From NCBI GenBank assembly GCA_002269645.1, contig NIVC01002523.1, positions 62,001 through 126,000 of the forward strand: a stretch of DNA of 64,000 nucleotides, in the 5' to 3' direction. Below, one piece after another: positions 10,393-33,470 of the stretch. Source of the stretch: Macrostomum lignano (taxonomy: Eukaryota). Under the pieces are notes generated by a model, which was given only the letters and a program-made list of their open reading frames with translations, searched no databases and was not told the DNA's origin. Within the stretch, counting starts at the first letter, position 1; each line of letters begins with the position of its first letter. A program made the translations under genes and the position numbers.

Positions 10393-11317
10393 TTAGTCCA
10401 CCGCTGCCGTCTCCATCTCTTCAAGCAAAGCGTCCTCGTCTTCGTCCTCTTCCTCGCCTTCAAAAATGATGGTAATATCGTTCTCTAGCCTGCACATTAA
10501 ATTTTCGTCTTGCGCCGCCTCTCGCTCAATCACTGTCTTAAATGTAAGCAGTGACTCGAATGAGTAGCCCGAGAACACCAGGTTCGGGAACTTTGAAATC
10601 AGGCTGTTGAAGTTGCATAATCGCTCCGCAAACTTTATGCCAATGTCCAGGCGCTTAGCAACTGTCTCGGTAGTAACTCCGAGTTTTTTCTTGAGTGTCG
10701 CTAGGACCTCCGCCTGCTTTCTTCTGGCTAGACAACCGAGCACTTCCAAATCCTTCACGAAAACTTGAAGATCATTAAATTGACGTCGCATGCTCTCCTC
10801 GTCGCCTTGCACATCAGCCATGCACAACTTCTTTGCGTCGAAAAATCTAAAAAAGAAATATTACGGACTCATAATGTGAATAAGATGAAAGGTTTACTTG
10901 CACATATCTCTAGTCTGTATCTACTCGCGTTTTCACAAAGTGACAAATTAATTATAGGTTGAAAATTTTGTCAATAGTCAATGACTCTATAGTGGTGAGC
11001 TAATAGAACAATACGCAAAAAACTTACCTTGTTCTGACGGTAAATTTCTCGTTCCTGATGTTGTTGAGGCTTTCCTTCAACCGGGCCATGAAGCGCGCTT
11101 CCCGGCGCTCCTTGTTGTTTTCAGAGCGCTTGGCGTCTTCAGTTCGCTCTTTCGTGGCGGATGCTTGATCGACTTTACGCAATACTTCGAACAGTGAGGT
11201 TTGCTCTTCTTCGCTAATAGCGGCAATTGCAATCGCCGTGCTCGCAGTGTCTTTAGAGCTTATGCTTTTTATAGCATTTATTATCTTAATTGGCTGTTGT
11301 TTAGCCTTAGAGGCCAT
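10393..11317 (-). CDS. Two-exon Polinton gene of unknown function (exons 11317-11028 and 10846-10393; 247 aa)
   Basis: AG|GTAAGT donor at 11027 and TTTTTTAG acceptor at 10847 join ORF 11024-11317 to ORF 10393-10827 in frame (…TVRTR-FFDAKKLCMADVQ…); accATGG start; acidic tail. Confidence 0.8.
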
Positions 11318-11659
11318 GGTTAGCTTGGTGCGATCCGAAGCGAGGCAGGGCAGGGTGAGGTGAGGTGCGGTGTGAATCGGCCCTTGTAGTTGATTCTAGA
11401 ATCAACTACAAGGTACTACCTTATAACTTCAGCCAATGGAGAGAATGGAAAGCACATGTGGAGCGCATGGCATGGGTTTTATTTTTACGTAGAACTTACG
11501 TAAACAAGGTACTACCTTGTAGTTGGCAACTACGATCTGGTTTCGCCGCTTCGGATTGAATGTGGGAAGAAGAATGCAGATTATTTTCTGATTGTTTCGA
11601 AGATGTTATGGGTGGATGTTGGTGTCAATGAGCATAACAGGTGTTAGTGGACATCTGTT

Positions 11660-11880
11660 ATGCTCTGATTCTGTCAGGGATAATAATGGATGGATTTAAT
11701 ACGATTATGTTCGAAGTTTTCGGAGCAAGTGCAACCCCTCCACTTTTTCATGATTCTGTCGGGGATAATATGGATGGATTTAATGGGATTATGGAGGACG
11801 TTTTGTGAGCGAGTGCGACCCCCCTTTTTTTCTGATTCTGTCAGGGATAATATAGATGGATTTAATGGGATTATGGAGGA
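11660..11880 (+). repeat. Three imperfect ~85-bp direct repeats
   Basis: tgattctgtc(a/g)gggataata..ggatttaat(gggattatggagga) recurs at ~11667, ~11751 and ~11832. Confidence 0.75.
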
Positions 11881-11924
11881 GGTGAAAAATTTTGTCCTAG
11901 AAGCCCCCTCATGCATTCTACTTT

Positions 11925-12587
11925 GGGATCTAGATAAAGATGAGATTGGGATCTAGATAGAGATGAGATAGGGATCTAGATAGAGATGAGATTAGGATCT
12001 AGATAGAGATGAGATTAGGATCTAGATAGAGATGAGATTGGGATCTAGATAGAGATGAGATTGGGATCTAGATAGAGATGAGATTAGGATCTAGATAGAG
12101 ATGAGATTAGGATCTAGATAGAGATGAAATTGTGATCTAGATAGAGATGGATTGGGATTTAGATAGAGATGAGATTGGGATCTAGATAGAGATGAGATTA
12201 GGATCTAGATAGAGATGAGATTGTGATCTAGATAGAGATGGATTGGGATTTAGATAGAGATGAGATTGGGATTGAGATAGAGATGAGATTGGGATCTAGA
12301 TAGAGATGAAATTGTGATCTAGATAGAGATGGATTGGGATTTAGATAGAGATGAGATTGGGATTGAGATAGAGATGAGATTGGGATCTAGATAGAGATGA
12401 AATTGTGATCTAGATAGAGATGGATTGGGATTTAGATAGAGATGGATTGGGATTTAGATAGAGATGAGATTGGGATCTAGATAGAGATGAAATTGGGATC
12501 TAGATAGAGATGAGATTAGGATCTAGATAGAGATGAGATTTGGATCTAGATAGAGATGAGATTAGGATCTAGATAGAGATAAGATCT
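11925..12587 (+). repeat. 22-bp tandem array (GATCTAGATAGAGATGAGATT(A/G)G) x ~30, probable subterminal repeat of the Polinton
   Basis: Direct reading; array ends abruptly at AGATCT (12582-12587). Confidence 0.9.
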
Positions 12588-13695
12588 GAATAGGCATCAA
12601 ACACCCGGCGGACAAGCCATTAAACTGTGAGCAAGCAATAACGGACACCAAATCCAAGTGAGCACATGTACTCTAGAGCAGTTTGGCCAACGCATGGCAG
12701 CCTTGGCCTGTGTTGTGTGTATTATGACAATTAATAGCAAAACATTTTACAAATATAAAGTACTTGTATATATAAGATAACTAACAAATTGTGTCTGTGT
12801 TGCAGGCTTTTCGTCTAACATTTTGTTATTTTCTAATTGTAGTGAAAGAGCCGACAGAGAATCGCGTTCAGCGAAAACCGGGGCGAGGCGGTTACACAGC
12901 GGGCGCGCACATACTACTGGGCACAAGTAGTGCGCCTTAGTTCGCGCGACTCTTTGCTGAAAGCCAAACACATTTTTGAAGAAACAGTTAGTATAACAGA
13001 ACAGAACAGCCAAGAGAGAAGCGAAGCGTGGGGAACAAATGTCGCATAACAAATTCGAAATCTGATTGGGCAAATTTTGCTACTAACAGTAGGGCATCGC
13101 GACCTAATTAATGTTGCGCACCGGAACGAAAACAAAATCAAGGAGAATTGTTTTTGTTGCAATTAAAAACAGAGAGTGGTCAGGCTAGAATTGCAGTTCA
13201 AGTCGCAATTAACAATAAAAACTAAATATAAACAGAAATTTGTGTGTGTAACTTTTCAGAGTACGGATGCTGTGTGTTTAAAATACGGTTAATTAATAAA
13301 GAGCGCAAATATATATGTATAAATATAATGAATTAATCAGCAAATTCGATTTACTAAGCGAAGGTAACAATAGAAAACAACAGGTCAAAGAGCGCAGCAG
13401 CAGACGTCATGGGGCTTAATAATGTGATTGCAAAGTTTTGCTATTTGTGTCAAATTTGGGCAAAAACAAACAATTCATATCACTGTAAGTAGCAACACGC
13501 AGCAATTGAAGTCATAGAGGGAATTCTTGCTCAGCTTGTCGTCACGGGCGGATTAGCATAGAAATTCAGTGAATCTGAAGCTGATTAAGGCTAAAGAACT
13601 AACGTATAGAAGTGAGAAAGTGAGTTAAAAACAAGCATGATATGATCAATTTTCAATAATCGGATGGATATGAATTCGTACGCTACTCTGTGATT

Positions 13696-14005
13696 CCCCA
13701 TCAAAACGGTACCAAGGCCAAGAAGCGTCCCGGAGTCACTTGCGTGGCCCCAGAGTCGTTTCAGAGTCATTCCAGGTAACGCAGGTAAAAAAAGTAGGAA
13801 AGAAGTGACTCTACACGACTCTAGAACAACGAGATGTCATGGTACAAGTCGCCAAAAAGTCGTCAAGAGTTACCTAAGAGCCAATTTGAGGCATTTTATT
13901 GTTCTCTGTCACGAGTCACGAGAGTCCCTTCGGAGTCGCTAGTCACTAGTGAGTTGTTTGCAAAGGCTTTTTAGCGATTCTTGTCACGGTAACGTTTTCA
14001 ACGGG
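13696..14005. mobile_element. Small non-autonomous dispersed repeat (MITE-like), related copy at ~57075-57345
   Basis: Imperfect terminal inverted repeats cccatcaaaacggtacc / ggtaacgttttcaacggg; the internal block gtacaagtcgcc...cctaagagccaatttgaggc...actagtg.gttgtttgcaa is shared with 57.1-57.3 kb. Confidence 0.55.
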
Positions 14006-14214
14006 ATTGATGTGTGCGCATGCGAGACAATATGGCTACTGGTGGATAACACTGCAGTTATTTAAGTGCAATTTTCAGTTTAAAAACAACAAACAAACGA
14101 ACGCGCGTTCAGGAGACCAACGAAAGGTCCTTTTAAGAAACTTAATCAGGAATTTAAATAGACGATGAGCAGATGCACTATTGATAACTGCTGATGAGTG
14201 TAAACCAGAGGCTG

Positions 14215-24970
<10,756 letters not shown>

Positions 24971-27469
24971 CTGCAGGAATATCTTCTTCATAAAAGCTTT
25001 TAAAAACGTATAAAAAGGGACACTGGTGTTACGCGCTCGGGGATCCAGATGTAGTGGAGTGGGCCGAGGGTAGGTGCGCTGAAACGAATAGAAGGGTTTG
25101 TGTGGATATGATATATTGGGATTATTGAAATTAGTTTGGTAAAACAAAATACCATTAGCTCCAGTTATTCGTACGTGTACATTACGTTAACGTACCTTTA
25201 GTAATGGTCGCACTGGCGCAGTGATGTCGAGCTATAAGCTGTGCTTACACAAATACTCAACTGAAGTTATATTTATGCGATTTCGAAATACTACGTTTAG
25301 AAAGAGCAACGGGTATTAGTTTGCTACAGTGTAATGTACACAGTAACTGTGTACAGTTTAATGAAAGCTGTTTTAACAAAAATTTCTGTAAATCTAACAA
25401 TCTCGAATTTTTCTAAGCGTTCTTTTGATAGCTAGAACCACTTTAGCTGCACCTAAAGGGAGCCCTGGCCTCGGGTTTTAAATATGGTCCCGTGCAAAGA
25501 GAGGGCGAGCGAAGGAATTGGAGATGGAAGAGGGTTCTGGTTGAAAACCCACTATCTAATTGGACGTCTGGGAGTGAGAATGGGGTGGGTGGCTATGTAC
25601 ATCTGGGCCGGGCGCGGTCCGCCTGCCCCAAACCCCACCCCCGCGCAGGCCTGACCTGATCGGGGCCCAAAGCTGCACTGAGAGACCCCAGCCAGCCCTT
25701 CACATCTCTCTCCACACGCCCGTCCCTACCCCCACCCCTTTGCCCTATCCTTTCCCAAAAATTTGGCCAGACCCGAGAGGGTGATTCAGCACCGGGCCAT
25801 GTGAGCGATTACGTAACAATGTAGGTTAGTTCGTCTGCCTTCCACCCCCGCCACAAAGGCTTTTTGGTGTGGAGGGGGAGCAGGGGTTGAAGACACAGGC
25901 CCTGGGACCGCGTCTTCTTGTGTGTGTTCGAGGGGCGCGCCCAAAAACCAAAGCCTTAGTATAAGACACGAGGAGCTGGGGTGGGGGACCGGTGGGTTAA
26001 GCCTCTCAGCTGGGAACGGCAGCAAGTAATGGCTGGATAAAGAGAAGGGAAAAAGAGGCCAGTATAAGTCTTGTCATTGAGTTAGGTCTTAGCTGCCGAC
26101 TGAGGGGGCAACGGGTTAGGCTGGCTGAAACCGCTGATAACGTCAGCTGGCATTGATTTCCTTCCTGGCCTCAATGCTATCATCATTCTCTCTCACTCTC
26201 AGATTTCGCCCTGAGAGAAAAAAGAGAAACAATTGCCGCGTGTCATTTAAAAAACGAAAAAAGACTACGCGCAGCAGAGGATGAAGACTATGTGACAATC
26301 CTGTCTGTAATTTAAGCCTTCCGTAACAGGCGCGGCTCGGGGCTCATATAATATTGCAAAAAAAGAAATTAAAATCAGGCAGGTAGGTGTGCCCGTCCGT
26401 TTTTGTTTAAGTTCGGCTGCTGTGGGTAGACCGGTAGAGTGAGATCCATAGAGAGAAAACAAATAAATATACATCTCTACATCTCTATACAATATCTAGC
26501 TCGTAATTAATATTGTATTTTCTTGAGAGAAAACTAAATGAACAAAGATTATCGTCTCAACCATAGGTACGAGCTATACCCCCTGTGAGAGCAGTGAGTA
26601 CATTACGTGCTCTAGAGAACATTAATAACGAATCCGTTTTACAACTAAAAGATGATCGGTCCACAATGAGCCGGATTAATAGCTCTTAATCTCTGATTGA
26701 AACATAGGGAAATTGGAAATGAAGGCCTTTGCGTTTTAGCTAGATCGAACTGGTTAGAGAGCTAGCTAAGAAAGAAGAGTCGAGGCCTGTCTACATTGAG
26801 CAGTTGTGTTTGAGAGCGCATAGAGGAGAGAGAGAGGGGTATAGAGAGACAGAGCGAAAGAAGACAGATTGAGGTCAGGGGCAGAAACTTCACAGCTGTG
26901 AGACGGACAGGGAAAATGGGGGTTGGGGTGGTGGGAACGGGAAGCCCGACCGCCCCTCCCCCCTCCCTAAGGTTATGCAATCGGCACAGCGCTGCTGTGT
27001 GGAGGCCGCACCCACGCCCCCACAAACTAGAGCCACCATGCAATATATAGCATAGCATACACCGTATAGCAGGACCTTATACCCTCCAGCCCTGCTATAT
27101 GCATGATTACGTCATCCACTGCTGCAAGGGCTTAGGCACGGGTGAGGTGGAATCTTGGGCTTAGGGTGGAGCAGCAGCAGCAGTTAGACACCAACTCTCT
27201 CTCAAGCCCTCTCTGTACACTGCATGCGGCTTAGGCGTGCAGCCCGCATATTACCCTCCTCTCTCTCTGCGTTTTTGCCGCCGTTTTTTCGTTCATCACT
27301 CAGCTCAAACGAATCGGCTATACGCGTCAAACGTAAACTGACCTAAAACAGGCAGATAGGCAACCCTAACCCCAGCCATGGCTCCTACAACTAGAACAGG
27401 GATGAAAGCGCATGGATGGTCGAGATCTGGTTTAAACCATCTTTTAAAGCTCACAATTCCCTTTCTTAA

Positions 27470-28890
27470 AGCTTCAACTCCCTCTCCTACAGCTCCCATC
27501 TCCCTCTCCTACAGCTCCCATCTCCCTCTTCTACAGCTCCCACCTCCCTCTCCTACAGCTCCCACCTCCCTCTCCTACAGCTCCCACCTCCCTCTCCTAC
27601 AGCTCCCACCTCCCTCTCCTACAGCTCCCATCTCCCTATCCTACAGCTCCCATCTCCCTTTCCTACAACTCCCATCTCCCTTTCCTACAGCTCCCATCTC
27701 CCTTTCCTGCAGCTCCCATCTCCCTTTCCTACAACTCCCATCTCCCTTTCCTACAGCTCCCATCTCCCTTTCCTGCAGCTCCCATCTCCTTTTCCTACAG
27801 CTCCCATCTCCCTTTCCTGCAGCTCCCATCTCCCTTTCCTACAGCTCCCACCTCCCTTTCCTGCAGCTCCCATCTCCCTTTCCTGCAGCTCCCATCTCCC
27901 TTTCCTACAGCTCCCATCTCCCTTTCCTGCAGCTCCCATCTCCCTTTCCTACAGCTCCCACCTCCCTCTCCTACAGCTTCCACCTCCCTTTCCTGCAGCT
28001 CCCACCTCCCTCTCCTACAGCTTCCACCTCCCTTTCCTGCAGCTCCCATCTCCCTTTCCTGCAGCTCCCATCTCCCTTTCCTACAGCTCCCATCTCCCTT
28101 TCCTGCAGCTCCCATCTCCCTTTCCTACAGCTCCCACCTCCCTCTCCTACAGCTTCCACCTCCCTCTCCTACAGCTCCCATCTCCCTTTCCTACAGCTCC
28201 CATCTCCCTTTCCTGCAGCTCCCATCTCCCTTTCCTACAACTCCCATCTCCCTTTCCTACAGCTCCCATCTCCCTTTCCTGCAGCTCCCATCTCCTTTTC
28301 CTACAGCTCCCATCTCCCTTTCCTGCAGCTCCCATCTCCCTTTCCTACAGCTCCCACCTCCCTTTCCTGCAGCTCCCATCTCCCTTTCCTGCAGCTCCCA
28401 TCTCCCTTTCCTACAGCTCCCATCTCCCTTTCCTGCAGCTCCCATCTCCCTCTCCTGCAGCTCCCATCTCCCTTTCCTACAACTCCCATCTCCCTTTCCT
28501 ACAGCTCCCATCTCCCTTTCCTGCAGCTCCCATCTCCTTTTCCTACAGCTCCCATCTCCCTTTCCTGCAGCTCCCATCTCCCTTTCCTACAGCTCCCACC
28601 TCCCTTTCCTGCAGCTCCCATCTCCCTTTCCTGCAGCTCCCATCTCCCTTTCCTACAGCTCCCATCTCCCTTTCCTGCAGCTCCCATCTCCCTTTCCTGC
28701 AGCTCCCATCTCCCTTTCCTACAGCTCCCATCTCCCTTTCCTGCAGCTCCCATCTCCCTTTCCTAACAGCTCCCATTCCCCACTCTTACAGCCCCCATCT
28801 CCCTTTCCTAACAGCTCCCATTCCCCACTCTTACAGCTCCCATCTCCCTTTCCTAACAGCTCCCATTCCCCATTCTTACAGCTCCCATCT
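27470..28890 (+). repeat. 22-bp pyrimidine-rich minisatellite (CAGCTCCCATCTCCCTTTCCT(A/G))
   Basis: Direct reading, ~64 units. Confidence 0.97.
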
Positions 28891-29739
28891 CCACCTCTAT
28901 GACATAAGCTGCTCCGAGACTATATTTACAAATATGCTCGTACTACGCAGGAAAAGCAAAGAAATTGCAATCTAAAAAGTTTCAAGCTCCCATTTCCTGT
29001 CAAAGCTCTCCAATCCGGTGTCCCAAGCAGGCATCCGTAAAGGAAGAGCTCACACCCATGCAGGATGTTTGCCCACATATGGTCCACGAATGGACCCGCA
29101 GAATTTTCATTCTATACCTATTGTCCGAATGGTTCTGACAAATTCATTTATTATATTTTGCTCGCCCGCACAGCGATCTCCTGTCAAGATATTAATGCCC
29201 CGCAAGCTGAGAGCTCTCTGTACCTGGGTTATTGTTACATCCTGCTCCACTTGATATATTGGCTCTTTTGCTAGCAGAAAGAGGATTAATGGGGGATTAG
29301 GCCAGCCTTTCCAAAAATATGCGTCCAGAGACCTGTGACATAACAGCTTCAATGAATTGCTATATCAAAGTTTTCAGCACTCGATAGCCTGCAGTTCTAG
29401 AAAGCTAAATTCTTTTGAATGGCCCTTGTTGCGCCAGAAATGGGCTGATTGATCGGCCAGCATTAGCGTTTCCATTGTTCATTTTGGCTTGAAAAACTGC
29501 GCCAGAATGAATTGAATGGGTCAGTGAGGCGGCTGAGGCCTGAGGGCTCATCGAATTCAATGAGACTCAGCTGAATAAATTGCTACTCAAGCTTCATTAA
29601 ACAGCCAGCGTATCCTAATGGGTACCGTAGTTGATTGAAACTGAATTCCCTGCGTTAAATTAAGTTGTTCTGAGGTTCTGATGTCAGATATTCTAATCCT
29701 GAAGTGAGGACCTTCTGCTGAAGCTGGCCTCTCTCTCTT

Positions 29740-30215
29740 AAAGTTGGTGTTTCTGCCCTGAGGTTGATGTACCTGTCTTAAAGTTGGTGTTTCTGCCCTG
29801 AGGTTGGTGTACCTGTCTTGAAGTTGGTGCTTCTGCCTTGAGCTTGATGTCACTGTCTTGAAGTTGGTGCTTCTGCCCCGAGGTTGATGTACCTGTCTTG
29901 AAGTTGGTGAGTTGGTGTTTCTGCCCTGAGGTTGATGTACCTGTCTTGAAGTTGGTGCTTCTGCCCTGAGGTTGATGTACCTGTCTTGAAGTTGGTGAGT
30001 TGGTGTTTCTGCCCTGAGGTTGATGTACCTGTCTTGAAGTTGGTGCTGCTGCCTTGAGCTTGGTGTCACTGTCTTGAAGTTGGTGCTTCTGCCTTTAGCA
30101 TGGTGTTACTGTCTTGAAGTTGGTATTTCTGCCCTAAGCTTGGTGTCCCTGTCTTAAAGCTGGTGTCCCTATTCTCAGGTTGGTGTCCCTGTTCTCAGGT
30201 TGGTGTCCCTGTCCT
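29740..30215 (+). repeat. ~40-bp degenerate minisatellite
   Basis: aagttggtgtttctgccctgaggttgatgtacctgtctt(a/g) units. Confidence 0.9.
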
Positions 30216-30784
30216 GAAGTTTACCATCTCAGTATTTTTCTTCATTATTCGTTATTCCCTTGTATGGCATGGTTACATTGGACGCACAGACACCGATAAT
30301 GTAATTTTTTGGGGCGGCCGAGGGCAGCTTGGCATCGCAGCGCGAGTATTGTGCGAATTTTTAATTTTGTTATTTATGTATCCACGCTTCCAGCTCGAGT
30401 GTCGCCAATTCTGACAATGGGTTGTGTCATTTCTCAAGAAGCACTTCCTAATTTCGACAGGCCGGAGCCTGTCCACCAGGGACAATGTCTATAGCTCGCT
30501 TTTTGTTGCATGCGCCAAAATTACTAATTTAATTATGAAAAGTTACTATCCAACAGAAGCAGGTAATTTAATCAAATCGCAGTGTGAATAAGCTGCTTCA
30601 AAGAGATTCAGTTGTAGACAATACTGATTGACAGACAGCTCGACAATTCGCACGACACTTATTAATTGCTACAACTTTGCTACCGGATTCGTCTCTACGG
30701 AGATAGCGCTGCAACTGAGTCACAAACGCGTGTTTATTGAAGTGAGCTTTCATAAACATGTAGGGGTTTATGGAGGAAGTCTGT

Positions 30785-31335
30785 CGGTCAGACGGTTCTT
30801 GCAGGGAGCCTGTCTGTCAGGTTAGTTGCAGGGAGTTGTCTGTCAGGTTAGTTGCAGGGAGCCTGTCTGTCAGGTTAGTTGCAGGGAGTTGTCTGTCAGG
30901 TTAGTTGCAGGGAGTTGTCTGTCAGGTTAGTTGCAGGGAGCTCTGTCTGTCAGGTTAGTTGCAGGGAGTTGTCTGTCAGGTTAGTTGCAGGGAGTTGTCT
31001 GTCAGGTTAGTTGCAGGGAGTTGTCTGTCAGGTTAGTTGCAGGGAGCTGTCTGTCAGGTTAGTTGCAGGGAGTTGTCTGTCAGGTTTGTTGCAGGGAGTT
31101 GTCTGTCAGGTTAGTTGCAGGGAGTTGTCTGTCAGGTTAGTTGCAGGGAGTTGTCTGTCAGGTTAGTTGCAGGGAGCTCTGTCTGTCAGGTTAGTTGCAG
31201 GGAGTTGTCTGTCAGGTTAGTTGCAGGGAACTGTCTGTCAGGTTAGTTGCAGGGAGTTGTCTGTCAGGTTAGTTGCAGGGAGTTTTCTGTCAGGTTAGTT
31301 GCAGGGAGTTTTCTGTCAGGTTAGTTGCAGGGAGT
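30785..31335 (+). repeat. 26-bp minisatellite (TGTCTGTCAGGTTAGTTGCAGGGAGT)
   Basis: Direct reading. Confidence 0.95.
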
Positions 31336-33470
31336 CGGTCAGAACGAGACACTGTTTGGGAGGAGAATGTTTGCATGCAGTAAGGCTGCTTTTTATAGAA
31401 TCTGTTTGCAGGAAGGCTAACGCTCAGTAAGTAGGGTAGACATGACAAAATATGATTACAAGCAGAGTTAGTGATTTAATATGCTCATATGGCGTTTTTC
31501 ATTTTACTTAAGAAGTCGAGCATTGAATTTAACACACGGCCAGCCAAATTCAACCCATGCTTCGACGATTGTCTATGGCCAAAACTGAGTATGGGGAGAG
31601 CATTGAATTTCAGACATAGAGCAGTTGAATTCAGAATTCAAAGTCAGAGACATTAGACAAAAATGTGTATTTTGTGACGCAGAAAGTCTGCAACTGCAAC
31701 TGTGACTAAGCTGTCAGACCAAATGTGTGCTCAATCAGATGTTTTCACGGGCCAATCAGTGGGGTAGGAAGCGCAGTGTGTGAGCAAACCAGACTGCACT
31801 CTTGGCAACCGTGATGACATCCATGCAGAACTCTGCGATTCTTTACAGCACCATGGAACCCCAATCCTGTAGATTGAGTTCGTCTGGTGTGGACTCTCCA
31901 GCTCCATTTGCACGGCGGGCAGGACTTGTATATGCAAAGATAATGCATGGCTTTTGCGATACATACAGGGACATATACAAGTATGGCTCCGGGATTTATC
32001 TGAATACCGGAATCTGGTACACATACGGACCTCAAACCCATAGAATATCTTATACATAACATCAGAAAGATACATACTTTAGCCTAGAGCGAAGCACATT
32101 ATTAGGCAGTTACATATATAGCCAGCAAAATTATTCAATATTTTAGTCGCAGATACTAGTCTCTGGGTTAGCCATCAGTCGTTACGGCTCGTGGAATGGC
32201 TCCAGCAGAATGAGCCTACATGCATGTATATAGCATAGCTATAGCCTGTCATTTCGCCAATTCACTCGTTCCCACAGGGGATATTGACTAACAGTTAGCT
32301 GATATATATTCAGGTAACCATGCAGCGGCTCCTCTCTAGGCTATCAGGCAAGAAAGAGGGAGAGTGAGTGAAGCAGAGATTAATGCCAAAATATACTGCT
32401 TGTTACCAAGGGATCACGTAATCTAGCGTATAGACTGATGGGGTTGGGCCGCTGGGGGGCGAGGCCGTGACACCGTAGGGGGGCAACTGGCCGATTCGCA
32501 GCCGGGGATCTCGAATCCGCCCGCCCCCACCCCCTGCTGGGAAAACTGTTTACGCGAAGAGGTTAAAGGGCCATGCAGGGCGAACTGATAGGCCGAGAGT
32601 GAGAGTGGCACGGCAAGAAGGTTAAGGCTTTGTTAGGCCTAGCCCATAAAAAAATTTCCATCGCATAGGAGATGCAGGGGAGAGTCTGGAAAGCAGCTGG
32701 GAGATCCCCCTGCGGTGCCGCTTACGTAAGCGCAAGCCGGAGCCCGGAGGCCCGCAAGTTAATTTGCATCCAGGAAGCCCTCTAAGTAAGCTTGGTCCCA
32801 GCCGAAGGAGCGCGCAACAAAATGTCTTTTTGAGACGCATTCGAACGTCTCCGCTCGAATCGGACTTGACTTGATCTCTGCGGCCTCCATTCAGCTTTTG
32901 TAAGGCTTGAAGGCGTATGAGCCAGCAGTGACCTCCGCTTGTACCCTGCAGCATGCCTTGCAACAAAGTTACACAATACTCAGTATGTTCAGCAGGCTTT
33001 GGGACCCTGCAGCTTTGCGCGCGCGCGCCTCTCATATTAAAACTTTGATTGATCGAGGCTTTAGAAACGCAACGGATAGAATATAGCTGATAGCGATCGA
33101 TATACTGTGGAGGAGCCTATAAGAAGCTACAATGCCCGCACACAGTATCCCAACTAGTCATAAAATCTGATCATCAATGCAGTCCTTAGTAGGCGAGCAG
33201 ACTGCATCACCGACGCACAACACAAATTCTACTGCATTTAGCATTGCATCTGAACTTTCAATTAAAGATTCTTACTAAGCTTGCTCCAAAATTTCACGTT
33301 GTCGAGAAGTCTTGCTTGTTGAAACTCAGTAACATCACAATTATAGAAACTTCACGATGTCGAAGCAGCTTAAGTGGGAGTGACTCGCAAGAGTTTTTGA
33401 CGATGTGAAATCTCGAGCTCACCGTTTTAAAACGCTCGCTTTACGACGTTGTCATGGTTTTTACCATTTC

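Larger units (their letters stand above)
1..12587. mobile_element. Polinton/Maverick (adintovirus-like) endogenous viral element, right part, partly decayed; left end and integrase outside window, right end tentative
   Basis: Compact cluster of pPolB, cysteine protease, packaging ATPase, major and minor capsid genes with 16-30 bp spacers; AT-richer coding style than host genes; ends in a 22-bp tandem array. Confidence 0.93.

Noticed and set aside
10975-10995. ATGACTCTAT match to the 28S-like copies inside the Polinton intron
   Set aside because: Only 10 nt; expected by chance.
12600-13690. Hydrophobic minus-strand ORFs (12747-13073, 12914-13162) as a membrane-protein pseudogene
   Set aside because: No recognisable motif and many stops; cannot be supported without a database search.
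25400-27330. GC-rich patchy sequence (also 31.7-33.1 and 34.9-35.5 kb) as LTRs or upstream TR exons
   Set aside because: No paired LTRs, PBS/PPT, TSD or protein motif was found by eye; probably old repeat fragments or regulatory DNA.
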